Below, one piece after another: positions 27,665 to 37,737 of a stretch of DNA of 64,000 nt (its first letter is position 1; each line of letters starts with the position of its first letter). The DNA comes from Octopus vulgaris (Eukaryota). Made by a program: the position numbers and the translations under genes. The DNA is taken from assembly GCA_951406725.2 (NCBI GenBank), contig OX597815.1, forward strand, positions 186,868,001 to 186,932,000, written 5' to 3'. Below the pieces are notes generated by a model that did not search any database, had not been told where the DNA came from, and saw only the letters and a list, made by a program, of their open reading frames with translations.

Positions 27665-28975
27665 CTATGAGGTTTCTACCGAAAGTATTGCAAAAGTAAT
27701 CATAACTAAAAAAATTATTCAAATTTCACACGTAACTTTTCCTCTATGGAAAGGTACCACTCGACATAAGCTTCATCACGAGTGATGCACTTATGCCATC
27801 GTTGAGTCCAACTTCAGACCCCTCGTTTTAAAAAAACTGTAGTTTTACACTCTCGTACCTACTTTTTCACGACCAGTTTTACCTCATCTCTGTTATCAAA
27901 TTATTGCCCTCAAATATTGTTTTTCATTGAACCGAACAGGTTCGTCGGAAGACACTAGATCCAGGCTATACGCTGGTTGAGGAACCACCATCCACCTCAA
28001 TTTGCTGATTGCCTGATTTCTTACCAAAGATGTGTGCGGATGATGAATGTGGATCGTTTTCAGATTCCTTATCGTTGTCTCTTCCGCCGAACGGTTTCCC
28101 TATCTTTTAGTATTTCAATGTAGAGTTCACTGTTCATAATACAGCTATATTCTAGAAAATCAAGGCGAATTCTCTTTGGTCATCCCAAAAAAACAAACAC
28201 CATGACGGTTTAGGTTTAGAAAAGGTTTAGCACCTTTCCATGGACAGAGCCTTCGCAACCGAATCATAAAGGTAAACCGACGTTTCATATCCTGCCACCA
28301 GATTGGGAAAAAAACGTGGTGTCCGTCTTCATTATCTTCAAACTCTTTTAGGAAATCTGGGAAGGCTTCCACTCTTCTCTCTTTCAAATCAAGTGCCAAC
28401 TGCCGAGATACACACTTTGCACCAAAGCGTTTCACCATCTTACGTAGTGCATTGCCATCCAGGTGTTTGTTTGTTTGTTAAGCTAAGCGGTCTTCATGCC
28501 AGAGCTCGCAAGATCGCGCCTTCTGTAGTGGGAGAAGTCCGAAACGTGGTCCTTTGCAGAAGAGAAAGCAGGTCAACCCCCGACACAGAGAGCATCGACG
28601 GATGGGTGAATGTGCATCCAGGCTCAGCGGTTGCGTAGGAAGTCGGGGACAAGAAACAAGAAGAAAGAGTGAGAGAAAGTTGGAGCGAAAGAGTACAACA
28701 GGGGTCGCCACCACCCCCTGCCGGAGCCTCGTGGAACTTTAGGTGTTTTCGCTCAATAAACACACACAACGCCCGGTCTGGGAATCAAAACCGCGATCCT
28801 CCGACCGCTGCCCTAACCACTGGGCCATTGCGCCTCCATCCAGCTGTGTAATAGGGTCGCTGATTGTGACTTGTCTGTCTGTGCCAATCGGTTCATCCAC
28901 TCACTGTTGATTCAATTCAGTGGTCGTATTTTATGGCGTGTCACTGCGTGATTTCTCTTCAATGCAGGTTTTTAT
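27665..28975 (-). pseudogene. mariner transposase remnant
   Basis: LRWMVVPQPAYSLDLVSSD..LFGSMK (cf. HPPYSPDLAPSD) on the minus strand near 27930-28000. Interrupted by a SINE. Confidence 0.6.
28467..28837 (-). mobile_element. SINE family C with distinct tail ending (AAAC)n
   Basis: Head GGAGGCGCAATGGCCCAGTGG. TSD CCATCCAG(G/C)TGT at 28455-28466 and 28836-28847. Confidence 0.85.
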
Positions 28976-29168
28976 TTTAAACTTCATTAATCTATGCCCC
29001 GGTGGGAGGGAAAGCAAAGTTCACTTCAACGGGATTTGAACTCCTTATAGTCATTTTAGTAAGCAAGCTGTAGCCCTTTTTGGATGTTGGCCAGCATGCG
29101 CACCTCCTTCATCAATAAGTTAATGATGTTTCTTTTTTTTTTTTTTTTTGTAACCCATTATTTGCCTG

Positions 29169-29477
29169 CATGGCCCAGTGGTTAGGGCAGCGGACTCGCG
29201 GTCGGAGGATCGTGGTTTCGATTCCCAGACCGGGCGTTGTGTGTGTTTATTGAGCGCAAACACCAAAAAGCTCCACGATGCTCCGGCAGGAGGTGGTGTC
29301 GACCCCTGTTGTACTCTTTCGCCCCAACTTTCTCTCACTCTTTCTTCCTGTTTCTTGAGTAACGCTGCAATGGACTGGCGTCCCGTCCAGCTGGGGTGAA
29401 CACATACGCCACAGAAACCGGGAAACCGGGCCCATGAGCCTGGCTAGGCTTGAAAAGGGCACATAAATAAAATAGAA
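29169..29477 (+). mobile_element. SINE family C with V-domain-like tail
   Basis: TSD ATTATTTGCCTG at 29157-29168 and 29478-29489. Confidence 0.85.
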
Positions 29478-30221
29478 ATTATTTGCCTGTAGTGAAGACA
29501 AGAAAGAAGATTGACTATAGAGAAAGAGTTATTCTACCAGCATGTGCAATATGAACGACCTATGTCAGTTAATAAAAAGTAATATCCACTTTTCCAATTG
29601 CTTTCAGTAGAACCTTGTATGTCTGTCTATTTGTCCATATATCTATCTATTAATTCATTTGCTTACAGGAAAACTTCCACAGCTTTCTAAAAAAAAAGTT
29701 ACAGTTGACTTCTAAGAGAAACGACTACAAGTAACGGAAATTGGATTTGAAACATATGTAACATATATAAAACGTTATAAATTTCAGAACACATTTGTGG
29801 TCTTTTGTCAATGTGAGAAAACATTTTTACTTTTGTTGATGTAATTTGATCGGTAAACATCAGATCATATTACAAATAAAATATTAATCTTTAATCTTTC
29901 TAAAGTTATCGGTGTTGCCATTTTTTTTTTTTTAATTCTCCTGGTTTGATTAATAAATGTTGTTTATGTATCAAGGTAGATTCAGCGAGCTACACTCCAG
30001 TTTCTGGTCATATGTCAAGAATTTATGAAACCATTATTAATGGTGTTCCACGGTGTCAAAGATAGAATTTTGGGATTCAAATGTACCATAAATTAGCAGT
30101 AACCCATTTGGTAGTCTCTACGTCTTTCTTTAAGTTAAAGCTCGTCGGGTGAGCGCAAAGTTTTGTGTTGGATATGATAAAAGACATTTGAAGGGAGGAA
30201 AGCCAGCTGTTTTCATATAGT

Positions 30222-30460
30222 CTTTTACTCGTTTACGCTTTTATTCGTTTCAGTCATTTGACTGCAGTCATACTGGAGCACCACCTTAAGTCGAATAAAT
30301 CGAACCTAGGACTTATTCTTTGTAAGCCTAGTATTTATTCTTTTGGTCGAACCGCTAAGTGACGGGGACGTAAACACACCAGGATCGGTTGTTAAGCGAT
30401 GGTGGTGGACAAATACAGATACAAACAATAAATAACATAAATATATATATATATATATAT
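30222..30460 (-). mobile_element. 3' half of a SINE family B copy split by the PLE
   Basis: Reverse complement of the family B tail, ending in the internal (TA)n. Confidence 0.85.
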
Positions 30461-30470
30461 AACTTACTGC

Positions 30471-32816
30471 ATGAACCGAATTTATCCAACAACATTACCC
30501 TTCAACAAAAGAGTATACATCCCAAGACGTACTAATGACCACATGGAAGCACAGTTCACTATAGCTAGGACCAAACTTAGACAGATTTTAGGATTATACA
30601 TTAAGAGACAGAGACAGAATAAGACAGATGCCCAACAACTAGGGATTAAACCTGCATGTGGCCTACAGAAGCTCATTCAGCGCACGAGGAACGGAGAGGT
30701 GATATGCCTTCCCACGGATAAGTCCGGCAGGATGTCAATAGACAGCTTACCGAACTACATCCAGGCAATGCAACCTCATATCGCCAATACAAAAATAACA
30801 ACTGTACAGGCGCATGAGGAGAGAGAAAAGGTCCTCAATGCCCACATGATGATGTGGACAATTGTTCTGGGACCTCAGAAACGTACTGCAAAGAATTTCC
30901 AAGCCTGGAACAATGATATCCCGGCACTGTATGGACTTCGCAAGGACCATAAAGGTTTTACTGACCCTATAGCAGGACCACCAACAAGACCAGTCTGTGG
31001 AGCGAATATCGCTAGCAATTACAGAATCTCCTACTTCCTCTCAATGATCATACGCCCTATAATCAGGATGTCACCTGATGTGTGTGACAGCACAGAAGAT
31101 CTCCTAAGCAGGATCAGTGACTGTAACAAAACTTGTGACTTGACAGGATGTATAGTAGGTGGCATGGATGTGGTATCCCTATACCCATCGATTGACGTAG
31201 ATTTTGCAGTGGAGAAGTGCGTGGAGATGATCAACGAGAGCCAGGTGGAGTTCTGTAATGTCGACACAGAAGAACTGGGCCTCCTACTTAGACTGACATA
31301 TAATAGTGAATACTTAGATAAACATAATCTTAGTAGTTTCTGCCCCAGTAGATGTTTAAGAGGTAGACCGCCTACAATTACTTCTATGGCTAGGAAGACA
31401 CATATAGAAAGATGGCGCGGATGGACCAGAGCCATACGGAGCCCCGCAAATGTCCATCAGGTAAAGAAAATGATCGCACATGCACTAGGAGCTAGTATAA
31501 GAGTTACCCTAAAAGGCCACACATTTAAATTTAATAATAAAATATATGCCCAGGACGTGGGGGCAGCCATCGGTGTTAGTATCGCTGGTGATGTGGCCAA
31601 CCTCTTCATGGTATGGTGGGACAGAAGGCTTAAAGAATGCCTACTGCAGAAATCCATACTCGTAAACATGTACTCTCGCTATGTTGATGATATCAATATA
31701 GTAGTAAAGGCACCCCCACAAGAGAGTACTGTTGATATAGTAATAGAAACTAATACTATGGAGAGCATCCAGCAAATAGCTAACTCCATCCACCAGAGTA
31801 TTAAGGTCACAATAGACTACCCCACTAAACACCCCAACCATAGACTACCAGTACTAGACACTGAACTCTGGCTAGAAATTGTGAAAAATAAAACCCAAAT
31901 CCTTCATTCATACTATGCAAAACCTATGGCCTCAAAATACCTGATCCACCGGAACTCAGCCATTGCGGGCAATGCCAAATTCAATATTTTGATGGCAGAC
32001 CTCGTCAGAATAATGAGAAATGTGTCACGCATGTGCGAGCCTACAGAATTAAAGAGACACATACAGTATTTCATTCACCGCATGCAGTTCTCAGGTTACA
32101 GCCATAAAGAAAGGATCAGAGTATACAAAGGAGCCATGAAGAAATTTGATAATATATTATGTAATGATAGGAATGGGATTTGCCCACTCTATAGGAACAA
32201 GTCATGGAACACTATAGAAAGGACAAAAAAGAAAATAGGGAAGGCCAACTCTTGGTATGATAGCCATAAATACCAGAGTGTCATGTTCGTTGACACCACC
32301 CCTGGAGGTGAACTAGCGTACCGCTTTAGAAGGACCCTAGATAAACTTAAACTAAGAATTAAGGTTGTTGAAAAGCCAGGCAACCCTATCAGATCTATAA
32401 TTGGTAGAAGCTATCCTTTTAGTAGAACTCTCTGTACGGATAACTATTGCACTGTATGTAGATTTAGCCCACAAACGAACTGTAAAGCCAGAAATGTGGT
32501 CTATAGTATAAGATGTATAGAGGGACGATGCAGTAACAAGACAGTAACATACGTAGGGGAAACTGCAAGAAGCATTGGTGAGCGGGTGAATGAACATTGG
32601 AGACAACTCAAGGAAGGTAAAAGCTCATCGATTCTGTACCAACACGCCGAACAAGAACACGGGGGATCAATCAATAACATAGAGATTAAGATATTGTCAA
32701 CACATAGAACAGATGCAACAATTAGACAAATTACAGAAGCTACACATATAATAGAAAATAAACCTAGCCTGAATAGAAAACTAGAATGGAGCAATAGCGC
32801 ACACCACAACATATGA
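30471..32816 (+). CDS. PLE polyprotein: reverse transcriptase plus GIY-YIG endonuclease (781 aa)
   Basis: RT motifs PTDKSG, LYGLRKDHK, PTRPVC, DVVSLYPSI (A), QDVGAAIG (B'), RYVDDI (C), LPVLDT (E), YAKP. Cys linker CTDNYCTVC..C. EN motifs NVVYSIRC..C..YVGETARSIGERVNEH..YQH..RQITEA..SLN. The frame stays open upstream into the (TA)n, so the true start may be lost. Confidence 0.93.
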   Translation: MNRIYPTTLPFNKRVYIPRRTNDHMEAQFTIARTKLRQILGLYIKRQRQNKTDAQQLGIKPACGLQKLIQRTRNGEVICLPTDKSGRMSIDSLPNYIQAMQPHIANTKITTVQAHEEREKVLNAHMMMWTIVLGPQKRTAKNFQAWNNDIPALYGLRKDHKGFTDPIAGPPTRPVCGANIASNYRISYFLSMIIRPIIRMSPDVCDSTEDLLSRISDCNKTCDLTGCIVGGMDVVSLYPSIDVDFAVEKCVEMINESQVEFCNVDTEELGLLLRLTYNSEYLDKHNLSSFCPSRCLRGRPPTITSMARKTHIERWRGWTRAIRSPANVHQVKKMIAHALGASIRVTLKGHTFKFNNKIYAQDVGAAIGVSIAGDVANLFMVWWDRRLKECLLQKSILVNMYSRYVDDINIVVKAPPQESTVDIVIETNTMESIQQIANSIHQSIKVTIDYPTKHPNHRLPVLDTELWLEIVKNKTQILHSYYAKPMASKYLIHRNSAIAGNAKFNILMADLVRIMRNVSRMCEPTELKRHIQYFIHRMQFSGYSHKERIRVYKGAMKKFDNILCNDRNGICPLYRNKSWNTIERTKKKIGKANSWYDSHKYQSVMFVDTTPGGELAYRFRRTLDKLKLRIKVVEKPGNPIRSIIGRSYPFSRTLCTDNYCTVCRFSPQTNCKARNVVYSIRCIEGRCSNKTVTYVGETARSIGERVNEHWRQLKEGKSSSILYQHAEQEHGGSINNIEIKILSTHRTDATIRQITEATHIIENKPSLNRKLEWSNSAHHNI

Positions 32817-33336
32817 CAATAGTGGATCCTGCAAACATAATAAATACACAGGTAATTAAAGAAACAGAAATGAATATCTATATGTGTATGTATGTGTGTA
32901 TATGTGCATATATATGTATATGTATATGTATATGTATGTATATATATATATGTATATGTATGTGTATATGTATGTATATATATATATGTATATGTATATT
33001 CTTTTTTTTTTTTTTTTTTTTTTTTCGATTAGATTTATTATTATTATTAATAATATTGTTGTTATACATACATACAAGCATATGTAATGATAATAATGGG
33101 TGGATGTAAACACATGAACAAAATTAGAACAAAAGCAACAACAACAAAAACAAAATACAAATTACAAGAATGTATATAACCAGAAGATACAAATATTACA
33201 GGCATCCCCCACACACACTAAATAAACATAGACGCACATAGAGATATAAGCATGCGCAAATGAAGACATACAATAGAAATACAAAATGGCTGACGGTTAG
33301 TAAGGAGAGACACAAGTAAGTGAGAAGAAAACAAAG

Positions 33337-33380
33337 GACCACTGATGCGGTCACAGGAGTGTGACGAAAGAACTTTGGCC
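33337..33380 (+). ncRNA. Minimal type I hammerhead ribozyme variant 1
   Basis: GACCA-CTGATG(CG)-GTCACA GGAG TGTGAC-GAAA-GAAC-TT-TGGCC. 6-bp stem II, CCA/TGG stem I. Core differs from CUGANGA. Confidence 0.65.
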
Positions 33381-33556
33381 GAAATAAGATTAAGATTAAT
33401 GTAAAAAATAAATATCACTGAAGCAAAATAACACCAAATATATAGTGCGTGTGTTTTTATTGGCTAAACTGGCAATATGACCATTCCGAAATATAACAAT
33501 ATCTGTTTCAACACACGACTTCACATAAAAAAATCTTGCACAACAAATATTTAAAC

Positions 33557-33609
<53 letters not shown>

Positions 33610-33640
33610 CACACACTGTCGAAGCGTTCCTGTCACAATC

Positions 33641-33683
33641 TGAACCTGATGAATGCTTAAATGCAAGAAAGTATACTAGTTCA
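33641..33683 (+). ncRNA. Minimal type I hammerhead ribozyme variant 2
   Basis: TGAAC-CTGATGA-A TGC TTAAAT GCA A-GAAA-GTATAC-TA-GTTCA. 5-bp stem I, intact core boxes, palindromic stem III. Confidence 0.8.
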
Positions 33684-33839
33684 ATGAGAATAGACATTTA
33701 ATATTTAATTTTCAATATTTCATTTGTTCAGTAAGACGATCGATACTTCATTTCATTTCTTTCTTGCTATATATTCTATATCCTATATTAATATTATAAT
33801 ATAGATAAAGCATAAAACACAGAGTTGAAATTCCTTTGA

Positions 33840-33842
<3 letters not shown>

Positions 33843-33878
<36 letters not shown>

Positions 33879-33980
33879 GACGGGCTTCTTTCAGTTTCCG
33901 TCTACCAAATCCACTCACAAGGCTTTGGTCGGCCAGAGGCTATAGAAGAAGACACTTGCCTAAGGTGTCACGCAGTGGGA
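33843..33980 (-). mobile_element. 5' half of the split SINE family B copy
   Basis: (TA)n then CGACGGGCTTCTTTCAGTTTCCGTCTACCAAATCC, collinear with 30222-30460. Confidence 0.85.
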
Positions 33981-36900
33981 ATAAAAACTTAGGTCTCACC
34001 GAGACGGAATAATTATTTCTCTAACATACGCTCAGGGCCTGAAATTTTGCGCAAAGTTATTTGATACCACCGGTCAGTGAACTTGACCGATAATATTCGT
34101 GATTGGCCCCGGTGGAAGGGAAAGCAAAGTTCACTTCAACGGGATTTGAACTCAAAACGTAAAGGGCTATAACAAACTGCACAAAATAGTTTTCTTCCGA
34201 TATCCTAACGATTCTGAGAAACGATGACTCTCAGTCCATGGAATAATAATGTTCAAATTAATACATCCATCAATAGACATTCTAGAAGAATTAGAAACTA
34301 AGCCAAAATTGGGATTTGAACTTTAAAAAAATTTGAAAATATTAAGATATTTTCTTTTGACACTGTGCTGTTTCTGCAATGCTCTCAAAACGCTGCTGTT
34401 TTGTTACAATTATCGGCCCAGACATCAAGATAATAAATGATGGCAAAAATTTTTACAAATACAAGCTAAAACTAGTGATTTAGATGAAATGTTACCAATA
34501 GCAAAACAGATTCCTAATTTGATTTCTTGTTTGATATTCGCAAAATTCTGCATTCTGTAATGGTGCAGTACAGATGTGTCCACAAAATATTTAATACTTA
34601 AAGTAAATTAACCTGATACTGTTAATGAGAAAATTTATCGCTTAAGCCTTATCGACAAACATCGCTGACAGAAAACGTGAAGAGGCGTAATGCTCATTTA
34701 TTATCAGTGAAGCTAAAACGGTATTCTCTTTACGCTGCCAAGAGCTGCTGTCCATAATCCTATGCATTACCAAATAATTAAAATTTCAGATTGAAAAAGA
34801 TTATCTTCGCAGTTAACATTATATTATGAATACCAAATATAGAATTAACATTTTGATATCTCCCATTTCTCCCCTATTTCATTTTTAATTTATTAACTGT
34901 CACTATTATTATTTTCTCGTATGTTGTTTATTCGTGGTTGTTAGAATCGTCTTTCTCTTAATTTCTCAAGCACTTTATCTCCATCTTCTGTCAGAATGCT
35001 TCTCGGAAATGTTCTTTCTCCTTTGTGACTAGATAAGGAGTTATTAAACAAAAGACTAAATTTATATTGGAAATAAAATTGCTCATGCCTCTCCCGTGAG
35101 CATTTAAACTGGAAATCGAAACCGATTTGAAACACTTGCGTAGTCGGATCGTGCCCCTTGCTCTAATGTGCTTACTCCTTATGCCAATACAACCTGCAAT
35201 AACAGTTGACTTACTATCAAGAATATACGAAGGCTGCTGGCGATCTTTAGCCATGACTTCTGTAATATTTACTGTATGATTTCTAAAATCCAGTTATTAT
35301 TCTTCACATGAGACTTAGATTTGAATAAGATACAATGAAAATCTGCTACCATTTTCAAATCACGGCCCTTAAAATTATAGTAAAATATTTATCCTCTAAA
35401 CCATTTCATTTCTATATATAGACAAAGACTATATAAATTTTATACGAACCGGGTTTTTTTTTCTTTTTAATTGTTTATCAAAATAAATACGAATACAATA
35501 AACTTTCAAGTTTTGGATTTTTGTTATTAAACTTGCGTGAACTCTACACTCTATTGCTTTCTCTGAAACTTATTTTATTTTTCTTATGGTTTACCGAAAT
35601 AAAAGCATGCCCGAACCGAAGATTCATGAACGTGTACTTTAATAAAGATGCTTGATAACGTAAAATATTCATGCACAGGATTTCACTTAGAGCCAAATGT
35701 TACTATAATTTACCTTAATGTGTTTCAAACCATTTTTCCAATAATCTGTCTAAACCGTATTTTGAATTTGCTGTCCTTACAAATTGTGCTTCTTTGTTTC
35801 TTATTTTTCATCCTCCGACATTAGAGAGATGTTTCTCTGTTCTTCTTCCTCTGGGTAGTAATAATGTCTATTATGGGTTTCGTACATGAAAGTCGAGAGA
35901 GGCATTTACACCTAAAAAATAACTCGTTGATTATACGATACCCTTTAGGGTAGAGAGCTGTCCCCTTCCGCATATATGTATTTATATTGGATTATAAATA
36001 TTCTTACCAAAGAAATAATACTGCTTCATTAATATAATACCCGCTGTCTCTTATTAGAGACGATATCAATTCAATTAAACCAGTTCCATCTCAGTATATC
36101 GACATTTTGAAAGCACCAGACAATATATGAAATGAAAACATCGTGTATACTTTAATGAGAGGCTGAAATTCGTCTTTATGTTGTAAGATGAGGACATGTT
36201 AACTCGGCGTTGTCCATCCTCCTCCAGGCTATTAATTACAGCTAGAAATTGTAGTTATGAGAATTGAAATGACTCAATTAAATTTGAATATATATTACAG
36301 TGTCGACCTTGGCTTGCCGAGAGCTAGGTAATTCTATAGTTCTTTGGACAATGAACACATCTAACCAAATAATATTATTAGGAATTTTAAACTAATACAG
36401 CCCATTAAATCGACAGCGAGACCCTAAGGGAAATCACAAAACGTTAATTTACCATAATGTGCTTGGTTTGACACTTTTAGTTAATTACTAATTCCTACAG
36501 TAAGTAAATATTTGCTTAAGCTGTAATTTTTCCCAAAGGGTGTATGAATCAAGAATCTATTTTGAAGTTTCAATAATCTAAAAGGTTAGTTCTTAGTCAT
36601 TCGTTATGTTTATCTGACTGGGATAGGTAGTTAACATTTAAACACATATCTGATCGTTACAGGATATATTTGGTTTATTTTCTCACTCGGGGTCGGATAA
36701 TGAAATGGATTCATTCAATTCATGAGTTAGTAAATATTTAAACACTTAAGAGTTATTTTAGCGTCGCATCAAATGTTTGGACAAGCGTTTTGTCTTGCTA
36801 TTCCGACTATACACATAGACGCTCATAAAATAGAAATGGAAGCCGTAAATATCAATGGACTCATAAAACAATGTGCAAATAAACGATGAAAATAAATTCC

Positions 36901-37399
36901 ATCTTACATTATGGCTGAGTGATAATTTCTTTGGTAGACTTAAAATAAAGAAATAAAAACTGTACATTTATTGTATCACAAGCCTGAGACGTCATGACTA
37001 AAATATAAATCAGGTCTTCATAAAAATCATGATTTCTAAACAAAATGTGAGAATAAGTGTAAAATAGATAATTCCAACTATATTTTAATGCTTACGTTTG
37101 GCAACTTAACGCAGTTTTGGTGTTAGAAATCTAACTTAAAAGTATTTCTTTCTTCTGAAGGCACAAGGCCTGAAATTTGGAGATGTGTGGGGGGGGGAGT
37201 TTAACAGATAGCATCGACCCCAATACTCAGCAGGTACTTATTTTATTGCTACCGAAATAATGAAAGTAAGGTCGACCACGGCGGAATTTGAACTCAGATA
37301 AAAAAAAAAAAAAATTGCGATCAAGCGTTTTTGTCCAGCTCACCACCTTAATCACTTAAAGAGACACTGGTTTCAAATTTTGGCACAAGGCCAGCAATT

Positions 37400-37608
37400 T
37401 TAACGGTTCGGCAAAAGAGACCGATAGAATAAGTACTAGGCTTACAAAGAATAAGTCCTGGGGTCGATTTGCTCGACTAAAGGCGGTGCTCCAGCATGGC
37501 CACAGTCAAATGACTGGAGCACCGCCTTTAGTCGAGCAAATCGACCCCAGGACTTATTCTTTGTAAGCCTAGTACTTATTCTATCGGTCTCTTTTGCCGA
37601 ACCGTTAA
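37400..37608. repeat. Perfect 95-bp inverted repeat with a 19-nt spacer
   Basis: Arms 37400-37494 and 37514-37608 are exact reverse complements, made of the SINE family B tail. Confidence 0.95.
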
Positions 37609-37650
37609 GTACCGGTTGAGAACTGGGATCGATGTAATCGATATATATAT

Positions 37651-37702
<52 letters not shown>

Positions 37703-37737
37703 ATCTATGTATGTAGGTATGTATGTATTTGGAGCCA

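Larger units (their letters stand above)
30462..33842 (+). mobile_element. Penelope-like retroelement (EN+, C-terminal GIY-YIG), probably 5'-truncated
   Basis: Bounded by (TA)n on both sides. Single ORF plus ~1 kb 3' region with two hammerhead-like motifs. Confidence 0.9.

Noticed and set aside
30482-32812. Antisense ORFs overlapping the PLE ORF
   Set aside because: Short shadow frames with no recognisable motifs.
30471-32816. Naiad-type selenoprotein PLE, telomerase, or bacterial retron/group II intron RT
   Set aside because: The endonuclease is C-terminal, there is no in-frame TGA, and no TERT T/CP or maturase domain is seen. The motifs fit a canonical-order PLE.
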